From: Desulfurobacterium pacificum
Lineage (GTDB): Bacteria; Aquificota; Aquificia; Desulfurobacteriales; Desulfurobacteriaceae
Reading direction: 5' to 3'
DNA length: 32,000 bases
Assembly (NCBI RefSeq): GCF_900182835.1
Contig: NZ_FXUB01000001.1
Location: 676,945 to 708,944 of the forward strand
Shown: one piece after another, positions 6,771 through 16,935 of the stretch
How positions within the stretch are numbered: position 1 is the first letter of the stretch
Layout of the letters: each line of letters starts with the position of its first letter
Program-made: the position numbers and the translations under genes
The notes under the pieces: generated by a model
The model's input: the letters and a program-made list of their open reading frames with translations, nothing else
Told to the model about the DNA's origin: nothing
Databases searched by the model: none

Positions 6771-7004
6771 ATGCCAATAGCGGTTGAAGATAGAGAATTG
6801 ATAGAAAAGGCTTGCGAAGTTCTTGTAAAGGAACTCGGACTTATAGGATTTGTGAGGTTTGTAAAGCTTATGGGCTGGGCAAAAAGAAACTGGACAGAAG
6901 AGAGAAAAGAAGTTCTTAAAGAACTGGAAGAAAAGCTGATGAAAATGACTACCGAGGAAGTCGTCGAATACTTTGCTGAGGGAAGAAAAGTAAGACCGGG
7001 ATAG
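6771..7004 (+). CDS. Hypothetical small helical protein (77 aa)
   Basis: A strong RBS AAGGAGG lies 5 nt upstream of the ATG. The protein is predicted all-helical and K/E-rich. I recognise no family. Confidence 0.5.
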   Translation: MPIAVEDRELIEKACEVLVKELGLIGFVRFVKLMGWAKRNWTEERKEVLKELEEKLMKMTTEEVVEYFAEGRKVRPG

Positions 7005-7138
7005 GTTGTTGTGTAGGTTCATTCAAAAAGAGAAGAATATTGCTTAAGACAGGATTGCTAGGTAGGATTACAAACCTGTTCTTTTTGGGTAAAGAAGCAT
7101 TTACGGGGTAAAAATGCCGAAAATAAACGAATATGTAA

Positions 7139-7240
7139 CTACCTATCAACCTTCTTAGGAGTGTAGGTAGCACCCCAAAAGATAATCCCTATTAGGATGA
7201 AGATTCCGAGAAAAATCAAGAGCCCCGCTATCGTATCCAT
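7139..7240 (-). CDS. Small hydrophobic peptide (33 aa), same architecture as the 5709-6015 family
   Basis: My own translation gives MDTIAGLLIFLGIFILIGIIFWGATYTPKKVDR, with AGAGG before the ATG. A TM helix is followed by a basic tail (Y.PKKV here, YLGKKKV in paralog 1). Confidence 0.35.
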   Translation of the reverse strand: MDTIAGLLIFLGIFILIGIIFWGATYTPKKVDR

Positions 7241-7446
7241 CCTCTAATTCCCTCTTTAAAGAGATGTTACAGAAAAGAATAATTTCTTTCAACATTTCTA
7301 AAAACTGCTCTAGCGGAACAAAACAACTCTCGGGTTCAGGAAAACTTTTCCGTCAACGTTTAAAACATATTTTTATCTTATGCAAGAATTTCATCACCCT
7401 TGCTGCATATCAATAGAATTCAGACTCAGGAGGGCTCACTAAACCA

Positions 7447-10257
7447 ATGAAAGACAAAATCATCATTAAAGGTGCAAGGCAGCACAACTTAAAAAACATA
7501 GACCTTGAAATACCAAAAAATAAGTTAGTAGTCATTACGGGAGTTTCCGGTTCTGGAAAATCCTCCCTCGCCTTCGACACCCTCTACGCCGAAGGGCAGC
7601 GCCGCTACGTAGAAAGCCTTTCAGCCTACGCAAGACAGTTCTTGGAACTGATGGAAAAACCGGACGTTGACCTCATAGAAGGACTTTCCCCTGCCATTTC
7701 AATAGAACAGAAAACCGTTTCAAAAAATCCCCGCTCCACCGTCGGCACCACCACAGAAATCCACGATTACCTGAGAGTCCTCTTTGCAAGGGCAGGAACG
7801 CCCTACTGCCCCAACTGCAACGTCCCCATCCAGCCCCAAACGGTGCAGGAAATCGTTGACAGAATTCTTGAAAAAGAAGGCAAAAGAGTAATACTGCTTT
7901 CCCCTATCGTCAGAGAAAGAAAAGGCGAACACAAAGACCTTTTAGAAAAAATCGCAAGGCAGGGCTTTAGAAGGGTAAGAATAGACGGCAAAGAATACAG
8001 AATAGAAGAAGCCCTTGAACTGAAGTTAGAGAAGAAAGTTAAACACACGATAGAAGTTATCGTTGACAGGATAAAAGTTTCCGCAAAAAACAAAAACAGA
8101 ATAGCAGACTCGGTAGAAATAGCCGTAAAACTCTCAGACGGCTTGGTTATAGTTCAGGACTACGAAACAAAAGAGGAAGAAACCTTTTCCACCAAAGGCG
8201 CTTGCCCGATATGCGGATTTTCCTTCAAGGAAATCTCACCCCGCCTATTCTCTTTCAACAGTCCTTTAGGCGCCTGTCCCGAATGCAGCGGCTTAGGCTT
8301 TAAGTTAGCAATAGACCCAGACCTCTTAATAGACTGGGACAAGCCGATAATAGAAGCCGTAGAACTTTCCCAAAAGGCAAAGTTTGAATACCTGCAGGAC
8401 ATGATAGAAACAGCCTGCGAATACTTGGGAATTTCCTCTCTCACGCCGGCAGGAGAAATAAACAAAGACGACCTGAACTTTATCCTCTACTCACCGAAAC
8501 AGCCGATAAGAATTTTTAACACCGTTCCTTTTAGCAGAGGTAACTACAAACCATACTACTTTGAAGGAATAATCAAACACCTTGAAAGGCGCTACTTTGA
8601 ATCGGAATCGGACTACGTAAAAGAGCTGATAGAACCCTACTTGAGAGAAGTCACCTGCAAAGCCTGCGGTGGCAAAAGGCTTAACAGAGAAGCGCTGTCG
8701 GTAAAAATAGCAGATAAAAACATAGCTGAAGTTGAAGCTTTAACGGTAGAAAAGTGCTACGAGTTCTTTGAAAACCTTCAGTTGGAAGGAAAGAAAAAGC
8801 TAATAGCAGAACGAGTTTTAAAGGAAATCAGAAACAGGTTAAAGTTCCTCATAGACGTCGGACTTACCTACCTGACTCTTGACAGGCGAACGGCAACCCT
8901 TTCCGGCGGAGAATCTCAAAGGATAAGGCTTGCAACACAAATAGGCTCAAGGCTGACGGGCGTTCTCTACGTTTTAGACGAACCGAGCATAGGCTTACAC
9001 CAGAGGGACAACAGAAAACTCATTGAAACCCTGAAAGGACTGAGAGATTTAGGAAACACCGTAATAGTGGTAGAGCACGACACCGAAACGATAGAAAGCG
9101 CAGACCACGTAATAGACATGGGACCGGGCGCAGGAATTCACGGCGGCGAAGTCGTTGCCTGCGGAACGCCGGAAGAGATAAAGAAAAACGAAAATTCCCT
9201 AACCGGAAAGTACTTGAGCGGAAAACTGAAAATAGAAGTACCGAAAGAAAGAAGGAAGCCGGGTGACAAGTGGCTTAAAATCATCGGCGCTTCAGAGCAC
9301 AACCTAAAAAACGTTGACGTTGAAATACCTTTAGGCTTGTTCGTCTGCGTCACAGGCGTTTCCGGCTCTGGAAAATCCACCCTCATCAACGAAATCCTCT
9401 ACAAAGCATTAGCCCGCGAAATTTACAACTCAAAAGTAATCCCCGGAAAACACGAAAGAATAGAAGGTTTAGAACACGTTGACAAAGTAGTAAGGGTTGA
9501 CCAGTCTCCCATAGGCAGAACGCCCCGCTCAAACCCTGCCACCTACGTTGACGTCTTTACCCCCATAAGAGAGCTTTTCGCCGCAACGCCGGAAGCAAGA
9601 GCAAGGGGCTACAAAAAGGGAAGGTTCTCCTTTAACGTTCCCGGCGGAAGGTGCGAAGCCTGCAAAGGCGACGGGCTGATAAAGGTTGAAATGCACTTTC
9701 TACCCGACGTTTACGTAACCTGCGACGTGTGCGGAGGAAAGCGCTATAACAGAGAAACTTTAGAAATTACCTACAAAGGCAAAAACATCTACGAAGTCCT
9801 TGAAATGACCGTTGAAGAAGCGATGGAGTTTTTCAAAAACCACCCGCGGATATTCAACAAGCTGAAAACCCTCTACGACGTGGGACTCGGCTACATCAAG
9901 TTGGGGCAACCGGCAACGACCCTTTCAGGCGGCGAAGCTCAAAGAATAAAGTTAGCAAGAGAACTCTCAAAGAAAGGAACGGGAAAAACCGTTTACATAT
10001 TGGACGAACCAACGACAGGACTTCACATCCATGACATTAAAAAGCTCATAGATGTCCTTCAAAGATTAGTTGATAAGGGTAACACCGTAATAGTTATAGA
10101 ACACAACCTTGACTTTGTAAAGTGCGCCGACTGGATAATAGACTTAGGACCAGAAGGCGGAGAAAGAGGTGGACAGGTAGTAGCGACAGGAACGCCAGAA
10201 GACATAGCAAAAACAAACACATGGACAGGAAAGTTCTTAAAAGAAGTCCTTTCTTAA
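7447..10257 (+). CDS. uvrA: Excinuclease ABC subunit A
   Basis: 936 aa with two ABC ATPase modules ([14 protein letters not shown] and [10 protein letters not shown], each with LSGGE.QR signatures). Zinc-finger Cys pairs are present (CPNC, CPICG...[12 protein letters not shown]...CDVCGG). Confidence 0.97.
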   Translation: MKDKIIIKGARQHNLKNIDLEIPKNKLVVITGVSGSGKSSLAFDTLYAEGQRRYVESLSAYARQFLELMEKPDVDLIEGLSPAISIEQKTVSKNPRSTVGTTTEIHDYLRVLFARAGTPYCPNCNVPIQPQTVQEIVDRILEKEGKRVILLSPIVRERKGEHKDLLEKIARQGFRRVRIDGKEYRIEEALELKLEKKVKHTIEVIVDRIKVSAKNKNRIADSVEIAVKLSDGLVIVQDYETKEEETFSTKGACPICGFSFKEISPRLFSFNSPLGACPECSGLGFKLAIDPDLLIDWDKPIIEAVELSQKAKFEYLQDMIETACEYLGISSLTPAGEINKDDLNFILYSPKQPIRIFNTVPFSRGNYKPYYFEGIIKHLERRYFESESDYVKELIEPYLREVTCKACGGKRLNREALSVKIADKNIAEVEALTVEKCYEFFENLQLEGKKKLIAERVLKEIRNRLKFLIDVGLTYLTLDRRTATLSGGESQRIRLATQIGSRLTGVLYVLDEPSIGLHQRDNRKLIETLKGLRDLGNTVIVVEHDTETIESADHVIDMGPGAGIHGGEVVACGTPEEIKKNENSLTGKYLSGKLKIEVPKERRKPGDKWLKIIGASEHNLKNVDVEIPLGLFVCVTGVSGSGKSTLINEILYKALAREIYNSKVIPGKHERIEGLEHVDKVVRVDQSPIGRTPRSNPATYVDVFTPIRELFAATPEARARGYKKGRFSFNVPGGRCEACKGDGLIKVEMHFLPDVYVTCDVCGGKRYNRETLEITYKGKNIYEVLEMTVEEAMEFFKNHPRIFNKLKTLYDVGLGYIKLGQPATTLSGGEAQRIKLARELSKKGTGKTVYILDEPTTGLHIHDIKKLIDVLQRLVDKGNTVIVIEHNLDFVKCADWIIDLGPEGGERGGQVVATGTPEDIAKTNTWTGKFLKEVLS

Positions 10258-10285
10258 CAATTCCTTAACACTTTATAAATACACT

Positions 10286-10316
10286 TACCTCCGAAGAAAC
10301 AAAAACTTCGGAGGTA
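10286..10316 (+). promoter_or_regulatory. Perfect 11-bp hairpin sequestering the Shine-Dalgarno of the porin gene (or the uvrA terminator)
   Basis: TACCTCCGAAG (10286-10296) pairs perfectly with CTTCGGAGGTA (10306-10316), with loop AAACAAAAA. The 3' arm contains GGAGG, 5 nt upstream of the ATG at 10320. No U-tract follows. Confidence 0.45.
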
Positions 10317-10319
10317 GGA

Positions 10320-11456
10320 ATGAGAAAAAAACTTCTACTCGCCGGACTGCTGTTAATCGGAACATCATCACATGCACTTGCACAACAGGCAACAATTCTC
10401 ATCAACGGAGTTCCCGTAAAACAGCTCTACGTTGACAGCGAAGGAAGGCTTTATCTAACACCTGGAGAAGGTAGAAAACCGGTAAAAATTGAAATCCCAA
10501 CAACTTCCAAAACAGCTCTCTCATCAAAAGAAAAGAAGATAAAAATCAGTGGAAAAGCTTTCATCCACTACGACGTTGACCTTAAAAATCCCTCCCACCC
10601 AAACGCCTTCAAACTCACCAGAAACTACGTTGAATTGAGAGGATACTTCAACAAAAAAGATTACTTCAGAACAACCCTTGACGCTCATCAGGATGACGAC
10701 GGCTCATACAGAACAAGACTCAAATACGCATACGTCTACTTTTCAGACGTTCTACCCTATACAGGCGTTGAGTTAGGACTTGCCCACAGACCCTGGATAG
10801 ACTGGGAAGAACACCACGGCTGGCTCCACAGAGACGTTGAAGAAACGTTTATAGAAAACCACTCCGGCGCAGGACTAATAAACTCAGCAGATACAGGAAT
10901 TGACTTTAAAGGAAAGCACGGCATCGCTTCCTGGGAATTCGGAATTTTCAACGGAGAAGGCTACCACGGCGAAGAAGAAAGCAAACATTTCGGGAAATCT
11001 TTAGAAGGAAGACTATCCCTCAATCTTTTCAAAGGATTTATCCTTTCCGGACACACGACACACATATTTGACCTTAAAGGTGAAAACATGGATAGACATA
11101 TCTATCAAATTCACGCCGTCTATAATAACCCCTATCTCTTAGTTGCCGCTCAGTATATCTGGGATAAAGACGACTACCACAACGCCACTGACGTTAAACA
11201 GAAAGGTTATTCAATCAACGGAGACCTGAAACTAAAAACTCTAACAGGATATCCCATAACCCTTTTTGCAAGATACGATAGCTGGAATCCCAATACGGGC
11301 AGGCCTGATGATTCCAGAAAACACTTCGTTTACGGCGCAAGCTACACACTGAACCCTTTTGTGAAGTTCTCACTGGCTCAGGACAGGAAAATAGTAAAAA
11401 GCAACGGTGGAAACGACTCTAACACCTTTATGGCAGTAACAAATGTTAAATGGTAA
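10320..11456 (+). CDS. Outer-membrane beta-barrel porin, possibly phosphate-selective (from context)
   Basis: The signal peptide is MRKKLLLAGLLLIGTSSHALA. The sequence has an alternating amphipathic pattern rich in Y/G/D/N, and a C-terminal aromatic residue (...VTNVKW). It lies directly upstream of pstS. Confidence 0.6.
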   Translation: MRKKLLLAGLLLIGTSSHALAQQATILINGVPVKQLYVDSEGRLYLTPGEGRKPVKIEIPTTSKTALSSKEKKIKISGKAFIHYDVDLKNPSHPNAFKLTRNYVELRGYFNKKDYFRTTLDAHQDDDGSYRTRLKYAYVYFSDVLPYTGVELGLAHRPWIDWEEHHGWLHRDVEETFIENHSGAGLINSADTGIDFKGKHGIASWEFGIFNGEGYHGEEESKHFGKSLEGRLSLNLFKGFILSGHTTHIFDLKGENMDRHIYQIHAVYNNPYLLVAAQYIWDKDDYHNATDVKQKGYSINGDLKLKTLTGYPITLFARYDSWNPNTGRPDDSRKHFVYGASYTLNPFVKFSLAQDRKIVKSNGGNDSNTFMAVTNVKW

Positions 11457-11507
11457 AAAGATTTTTCCGCTTTTTATAAAATAAAGTCAGAAATTTTTCA
11501 GGAGGAC

Positions 11508-12578
11508 TTGATGAAAAGAAAACTTGCAGTTGCAGCAACACTTCCGGCTGTTTTACTACTTGCAGGATGTTTTGGTGGAAATGGAAATAGCCAGAAAACT
11601 TCCTCAGCAGGAGGAAATAGAAAAAGCACAACGGTAATAAATGGTGCAGGTGCCACTTTCCCCTATCCCGTTTACGTTAACTGGGCTAAAGAGTATTACA
11701 GAGCAACCGGCATAAAAGTTAACTATCAGGGAATCGGTTCTGGCGGTGGTATCAGACAGGTAACAGAAAGAACCGTTGATTTCGGCGGTTCAGACAAGAT
11801 GCTCTCACCTCAGGAATTAGATAAAAGAAGGCTCTACCAATTTCCTGCTGTAATAGGCTCAATCGTAGTTGTTTACAACCTTCCAGGTATCGGAGATACA
11901 GAATTAAAGCTCTCAAACAAATCGGTTTGCGACCTGTTCATGGGCAAAATTAAATACTGGGATAACCCAGAAATTAAAAACGACAATCCAGGCATTAAAC
12001 TACCCCACCAGAGGGTAACGGTAATTCACAGAGCTGAAGGTTCAGGAACTACCTGGAACTTTACATACTGGCTCAGCGCCATATGTCCTGCCTGGAAAGA
12101 AAAGGTGGGTTACGGTAAAGTAGTGGACTGGCCTACCGGCATCGGTGCAAAAGGTAATGCAGGCGTGACAAACTACGTCAAACAAACGCCCGGTGCAATC
12201 GGTTACGTCGAATACGCCTACAAGCTACAAAACCACTTAACAGCAGCCCAGCTTCAATCTAAAGATGGTGACTTCGTCAAGCCTACCATGAAAAACTTTA
12301 AGGCTGCCGCCTCCCATGCCAGATGGAGTATGAAATCTCACTTCTACTTAAAAGGAAACCTAATACTCCAGCCTGGAAGCAACAGCTGGCCCCTCACCGC
12401 TGCAACGATGATTTTACTTCCAAGAGAAAAGAAAGAGAGAAACAAGTTGGTAATAGACTTCTTTGATTGGTCATTCAAAAACGGCGATGCTATAGCTACA
12501 AAGTTAGGTTACGTTCCACTTCCAGAAGACTTAAAGCAAAAGATAAGAACCTACTGGAAAGAAGTGGTTTTAAAATAG
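11508..12578 (+). CDS. pstS: Phosphate ABC transporter substrate-binding lipoprotein
   Basis: It has a lipobox (LLLAGC), the motif GAGATFPYPVY.NWAKEY, and the elements GSGGG, AEGSGTT and IGYVEYAY typical of PstS. Confidence 0.9.
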   Translation: MMKRKLAVAATLPAVLLLAGCFGGNGNSQKTSSAGGNRKSTTVINGAGATFPYPVYVNWAKEYYRATGIKVNYQGIGSGGGIRQVTERTVDFGGSDKMLSPQELDKRRLYQFPAVIGSIVVVYNLPGIGDTELKLSNKSVCDLFMGKIKYWDNPEIKNDNPGIKLPHQRVTVIHRAEGSGTTWNFTYWLSAICPAWKEKVGYGKVVDWPTGIGAKGNAGVTNYVKQTPGAIGYVEYAYKLQNHLTAAQLQSKDGDFVKPTMKNFKAAASHARWSMKSHFYLKGNLILQPGSNSWPLTAATMILLPREKKERNKLVIDFFDWSFKNGDAIATKLGYVPLPEDLKQKIRTYWKEVVLK

Positions 12579-12582
12579 AAAT

Positions 12583-12600
12583 GGGGGGCTTACGCCCCCT
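12583..12600. terminator. Bidirectional GC hairpin between convergent pstS and purH
   Basis: GGGGGC (12584-12589) pairs with GCCCCC (12594-12599), loop TTAC. It sits between the two stop codons. Confidence 0.55.
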
Positions 12601-12601
12601 A

Positions 12602-14197
12602 TTAATGCCTAAAATGTCTTATTCCAGTAAACACCATAGCCATATTATGTTCGTTGGCAGCCTGAATAACCTCTGAATCCCTTATAGAACCACCCGGCTG
12701 GATTATCGCCGTAACTCCCACCTTTGCTGCTTCATCTACGCTATCCCTAAACGGGAAGAAAGCTTCAGAAGCTAAAACAGAACCTTCCAAATCCATTCCC
12801 ATCATCTTTGCCTTTTCGGCAGCACAACGGGCAGAATCTATACGGGAAGTCTGACCAACACCTATACCGATAGCAACTTTATTCTTGGCGTAAACAACAG
12901 AGTTGGATTTTACCCATTTAACTACTTTAAAGGCAAAAATCATGTCCTCCCATTCCCTTTCGGTAGGCTCTCTGTCTGTAACCACCTTCACCTTTTCAGG
13001 GTCAAAAACGACCAAATCCCTATCCTGAACTAACAACCCTCCCGTTATGCGGCGGTAGTCAAAAGGCGACTTCTGTCCTCTCCTTTCAAGTCCCGAAAGT
13101 CCGTTAGTAGTCAAAACTCTTAAGTTCTTTTTCGTCTTGAGAATTTCTAGAGCTTCTTCGTCATACTCAGGCGCTATTATGCATTCGTAAAACCTCTGAG
13201 TAATCAGTTTTGCCACCTCAGCGTTAACCTTTGAGTTAAAAGCAATTATTCCGCCAAAAGCGGAAACAGGGTCAACGTTTAAAGCTTTTTCGTAAGCTTC
13301 TTCTGGAGTCTTTCCGAGAGCAACACCACAAGGATTGGCGTGTTTAATAATAGCGCAGGCAACACCCTCTTTTTCAGGGTCAAACTCCAAAACTAAGTTG
13401 AAAGCACCATCAAGGTCGTAAAGGTTGTTGAAGGAAAGCTCTTTTTCGCCAGCTAACTTCTCTGCTGAAGAAACACAAGGCTCATCAATGAAAACTTCTT
13501 TGTAGAAGGCGCCGCGTTGGTGGGGATTTTCGCCGTATCTCAAATCCTGCACTTTCTCAAACGTTATAGTAAGCGGATTTCTCATCTCTCTGACGGCAAC
13601 AGGATTGCCTTCCTCATCTATGGAATAGAGAAAATCGGATATCAAGGCATCGTAATGGGCTGTTAAATTAAACGCCTTTTTAGCAAGGTAAAACCTCGTT
13701 TTAAGAGAAATCTTCCCAGTTTCTTCCAATTCTTTCACTACAAGGTCGTAGTCTTTCGGGTCAGTAACTATTGCAACATCTCTGTAGTTCTTAGCAGCAG
13801 CCCTTACCATCGTAGGACCACCAATATCTATGTTTTCAATTATCTCTTCTAAAGATGCCCCCCTTTTAACCGTCTCTTTAAAGGGATAGAGATTAACTAC
13901 AACCATATCTATTCTCTCTATCCCGAGTTCCTCCATGGCTTTTAAGTGGTCTTCCTTATCTCTTCTTGCCAGTATTCCACCATGAACCTTAGGATGAAGC
14001 GTCTTTACCCTACCTTCCATTATCTCCGGGAAACCCGTAAGGTCAGAAATCTCTCTAACTGGAATACCAGCTTCTTTCAGAAGTTTAGCAGTGCCACCGG
14101 TAGAAATTATCTCTATTCCTAAGTCAACAAGTTTCTTAACGAAATCTACAATTCCCGTCTTATCTGAAACAGAAACAATAGCTCTAACAGGTTTCAT
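12602..14197 (-). CDS. purH: Bifunctional AICAR transformylase / IMP cyclohydrolase
   Basis: The MGS-like N-terminus reads RAIVSVSDKTG...STGGTAK. Other PurH elements are HPKVHGGIL, NLYPF and a C-terminus QPGGSIRD...MVFTGIRHFRH. The track start is GTG 14212. The ATG at 14197 follows GGGAGGA and is the likelier start (531 aa). Confidence 0.95.
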   Translation of the reverse strand: MKPVRAIVSVSDKTGIVDFVKKLVDLGIEIISTGGTAKLLKEAGIPVREISDLTGFPEIMEGRVKTLHPKVHGGILARRDKEDHLKAMEELGIERIDMVVVNLYPFKETVKRGASLEEIIENIDIGGPTMVRAAAKNYRDVAIVTDPKDYDLVVKELEETGKISLKTRFYLAKKAFNLTAHYDALISDFLYSIDEEGNPVAVREMRNPLTITFEKVQDLRYGENPHQRGAFYKEVFIDEPCVSSAEKLAGEKELSFNNLYDLDGAFNLVLEFDPEKEGVACAIIKHANPCGVALGKTPEEAYEKALNVDPVSAFGGIIAFNSKVNAEVAKLITQRFYECIIAPEYDEEALEILKTKKNLRVLTTNGLSGLERRGQKSPFDYRRITGGLLVQDRDLVVFDPEKVKVVTDREPTEREWEDMIFAFKVVKWVKSNSVVYAKNKVAIGIGVGQTSRIDSARCAAEKAKMMGMDLEGSVLASEAFFPFRDSVDEAAKVGVTAIIQPGGSIRDSEVIQAANEHNMAMVFTGIRHFRH

Positions 14198-14287
14198 AAA
14201 ATCCTCCCACACCTCATCTTTTTCGCAACCTAATTATACCTACTACCTTGATGTAGAATTTCGTATTCCCATTTAAAGGAGAAACCG

Positions 14288-15352
14288 GTGCTCCGCTGGG
14301 CAGAAATTCATTTAGACAGACTAGTAGAAAACTACAAGCAAATAAAAAATTTGTCAGCCGGGAAAAAAATAATCGCCGTAGTTAAAGCAAACGCCTACGG
14401 TCACGGCATAAAAGAAGTCGCGCAAACGCTGGCAAAGCACACCGACGTATCCGCATTTGCAGTAGCAACTTTTGACGAAGCCGAAGAATTAAGAAACATT
14501 GGAATCGCAAGAGATATTTTAGTAATGGCTTCTCCTCTATCTGAAGGTTTGGATAAAATCAAAGAACTCAATGCTGTTCCCGTAATTTTTGACTTTGAAG
14601 ACCTGAAATTAGCAAAAGAGCTGAAAATCCCCTTCCACATCAAAATAGACACCGGAATGGGACGCCTTGGATTTTTAGAAAATCAGTGGAACAAACTTTT
14701 AGAAGAACTAAAAGGAACAAACCTCAAAGGAATTATGACCCACTTCTGCTGTGCAGATGAAGACAAAAATTTCACTGAGTATCAATTTAAAGAGTTTCTC
14801 TCGTTCTTTCAAAAACTCAAAAGCCTCAACTTCAAGAACCTTACCATCCACGCAGACAATTCCTCTGCCATACCTTTTAAACTCAACAAAATCCTCACCC
14901 ACTCCCGCGTCGGCATAGCACTATACGGCACAAAACCTTACGAAAATTACCCGGCAGAGCTAAAGCAGGTAATGGAAGTAAAAGCGAAAGTCATAACAAC
15001 CAAAGAACTCCCGGCAAACTTCCCCGTCTCCTACTCTGCAACATACAAAACAAAACAGAAAGAAAAAGTAGCCGTAATCTCCTTCGGCTATGCAGACGGA
15101 TATTTGCGGAGTTTCTCAAACAAAGGATACGTCCTCATAAACGATGAAAAGTGTCCCGTTCGCGGAAGAGTCTGCATGGACATGACGATAGTTTCCTCAA
15201 AAACGGCGAAAAAAGGAGATACGGTAACGATATTCGGCGAAAAAATCACATTTGAAGAAACAGCAAAAGTAGCAGGAACAATTTCCTACGAACTCATGTG
15301 CGACATCAGTCCCAGAGTTAAAAGGATTTACTTTTACCCATCACAAACATAA
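14288..15352 (+). CDS. alr: Alanine racemase
   Basis: The PLP-lysine motif [11 protein letters not shown] is present, along with [10 protein letters not shown] and a C-terminal ISYELMC...R. It has a GTG start after AAAGGAGA. Confidence 0.9.
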   Translation: MLRWAEIHLDRLVENYKQIKNLSAGKKIIAVVKANAYGHGIKEVAQTLAKHTDVSAFAVATFDEAEELRNIGIARDILVMASPLSEGLDKIKELNAVPVIFDFEDLKLAKELKIPFHIKIDTGMGRLGFLENQWNKLLEELKGTNLKGIMTHFCCADEDKNFTEYQFKEFLSFFQKLKSLNFKNLTIHADNSSAIPFKLNKILTHSRVGIALYGTKPYENYPAELKQVMEVKAKVITTKELPANFPVSYSATYKTKQKEKVAVISFGYADGYLRSFSNKGYVLINDEKCPVRGRVCMDMTIVSSKTAKKGDTVTIFGEKITFEETAKVAGTISYELMCDISPRVKRIYFYPSQT

Positions 15353-15387
15353 AATTACCAGTTAACAGATTTCAGGGAGGCAGTTTA

Positions 15388-16608
15388 ATGGCTCTTGTAG
15401 TTCAAAAATTCGGCGGAACATCTATGGGTTCAATTGAAAGGATAAAACACGTTGCAACAAGAGTTTTGGAAGAGAAAGAAAAGGGCAACGACGTAGTTGT
15501 AGTAGTCTCCGCAATGGCGGGAGAAACCGATAGACTCATCAATTTAGTCAAAGAGATAACCGCAGAACCCAACGAAAGAGATATGGACTTTGTCGTCTCA
15601 ACCGGCGAACAGGTATCGGCTGGTCTCCTTTCAATAACCTTAAACCACATGGGACACAGCGCAGTATCGTTAACAGGCTGGCAGGCAGGTATAAAAACGG
15701 ACGACGCCTTCACAAAGGCAAGAATACTTTCAATAGATACAGACAGGATAAAAAACTACTTGAAGCAAGGCAAAATCGTTGTAATCACAGGTTTTCAGGG
15801 CATTACAGAAAGCGGCGACATAACAACTTTAGGAAGGGGCGGTTCAGACACTTCAGCTGTTGCCTTAGCGGCTGCTCTCAACGCCGACAGGTGTGACATC
15901 TATACCGACGTTGACGGTGTTTACACGGCAGACCCGCGAATCGTCCCCGAAGCAAGAAAAATAGACGTTCTTTCTTATGAAGAAATGTTAGAACTCGCAT
16001 CTTTAGGCGCCAAAGTGCTTCAAATCAGGTCCGTTGAATTTGCAATGAAGTATAAGGTGCCGTTAAGAGTCAGATGCACCTTTACAAGCGATGAGGGAAC
16101 CCTGATTAAGGAGGAAGACGAGACTATGGAAAGAGTAGTTGTCAGAGGCATAGCTCACAATAAGAATGAAGCGAGAATAACTGTTGAAAGAGTTCCAGAT
16201 AAACCGGGAATTGCAGCCAAGCTCTTTGATGCCTTAGCAGAAGCTAACATTCCTGTTGACATGATAGTTCAAAACGTTTCCGTTGACGGATACACCGATA
16301 TCTCCTTTACCGTTGAGAAGAACGACGCTCCAAAAGCCGAAAAAATCACAAGAAAGGTAGCCGAAGAAATAGGGGCAAAAGGCGTAATAAGAGACGACCG
16401 CATAGCAAAAGTTTCCATAGTTGGATTAGGAATGAGAAGTCACGCAGGCGTTGCCGGAAAGGTGTTTGACACGCTGGCTAAATACGGCATAAATATAATA
16501 ATGATATCCACTTCCGAAATTAAGATATCCTGCATCGTTGATGAAAAGTTCACTGAGTTAGCGGTAAGAGTTCTCCACGAAGCGTTTGGATTGGATAAAA
16601 ATGAGTGA
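15388..16608 (+). CDS. lysC: Aspartate kinase
   Basis: The N-terminus is VVQKFGGTS. Other motifs are [23 protein letters not shown] and two C-terminal ACT-like repeats. Confidence 0.95.
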   Translation: MALVVQKFGGTSMGSIERIKHVATRVLEEKEKGNDVVVVVSAMAGETDRLINLVKEITAEPNERDMDFVVSTGEQVSAGLLSITLNHMGHSAVSLTGWQAGIKTDDAFTKARILSIDTDRIKNYLKQGKIVVITGFQGITESGDITTLGRGGSDTSAVALAAALNADRCDIYTDVDGVYTADPRIVPEARKIDVLSYEEMLELASLGAKVLQIRSVEFAMKYKVPLRVRCTFTSDEGTLIKEEDETMERVVVRGIAHNKNEARITVERVPDKPGIAAKLFDALAEANIPVDMIVQNVSVDGYTDISFTVEKNDAPKAEKITRKVAEEIGAKGVIRDDRIAKVSIVGLGMRSHAGVAGKVFDTLAKYGINIIMISTSEIKISCIVDEKFTELAVRVLHEAFGLDKNE

Positions 16609-16825
16609 CAGAATTAAGGAACAGATAGGAATATATAAGGAAATTTTTAAAAGTTTATTTACTCTGATGATAATCGTAGGTGGTGCTTCATTCGCCTCGC
16701 TAATACACGGAAAAGTAACTCTGTGGAACATATTAGGAGCTGGACTGTCAATTTGGTTATCAATATCTTTAGTATTACTCTGGCGTTACATGATTAACTT
16801 AACCGAGGAGATAAAAAATGAATGA
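16601..16825 (+). CDS. Small two-TM membrane protein (74 aa)
   Basis: The ATG at 16601 overlaps the lysC stop (ATGAGTGA). Two hydrophobic segments are present. The track lists a longer TTG-start version beginning at 16586. Confidence 0.45.
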   Translation: MSDRIKEQIGIYKEIFKSLFTLMIIVGGASFASLIHGKVTLWNILGAGLSIWLSISLVLLWRYMINLTEEIKNE

Positions 16826-16922
16826 AAAAATAATCGCTAATCTCTTAATGTTCTTAATATTTCTATCTTTCGTTTTCGTAACCGGTTTCATTGTTTTCTA
16901 CCGCGGAAAAGAAGCAAAGTAA
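16818..16922 (+). CDS. Small TM peptide (34 aa)
   Basis: My own translation gives [34 protein letters not shown]. Its ATG overlaps the stop of the preceding ORF (ATGAATGA), which suggests coupling. Confidence 0.3.
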   Translation: MNEKIIANLLMFLIFLSFVFVTGFIVFYRGKEAK

Positions 16923-16935
16923 AGAGGTTTCAAAA

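Noticed and set aside
7252-7263. Perfect 12-nt palindrome CTCTTTAAAGAG just upstream (minus strand) of the 33-aa peptide ORF.
   Set aside because: It has no loop and is AT-rich and short. It could be an operator, but chance occurrence in AT-rich DNA is plausible and nothing else supports it.
12467-12676. 69-aa plus-strand ORF spanning the pstS 3' end, the terminator hairpin and the purH 3' end.
   Set aside because: It runs through a terminator and overlaps two strongly supported genes, so it is a frame artefact.
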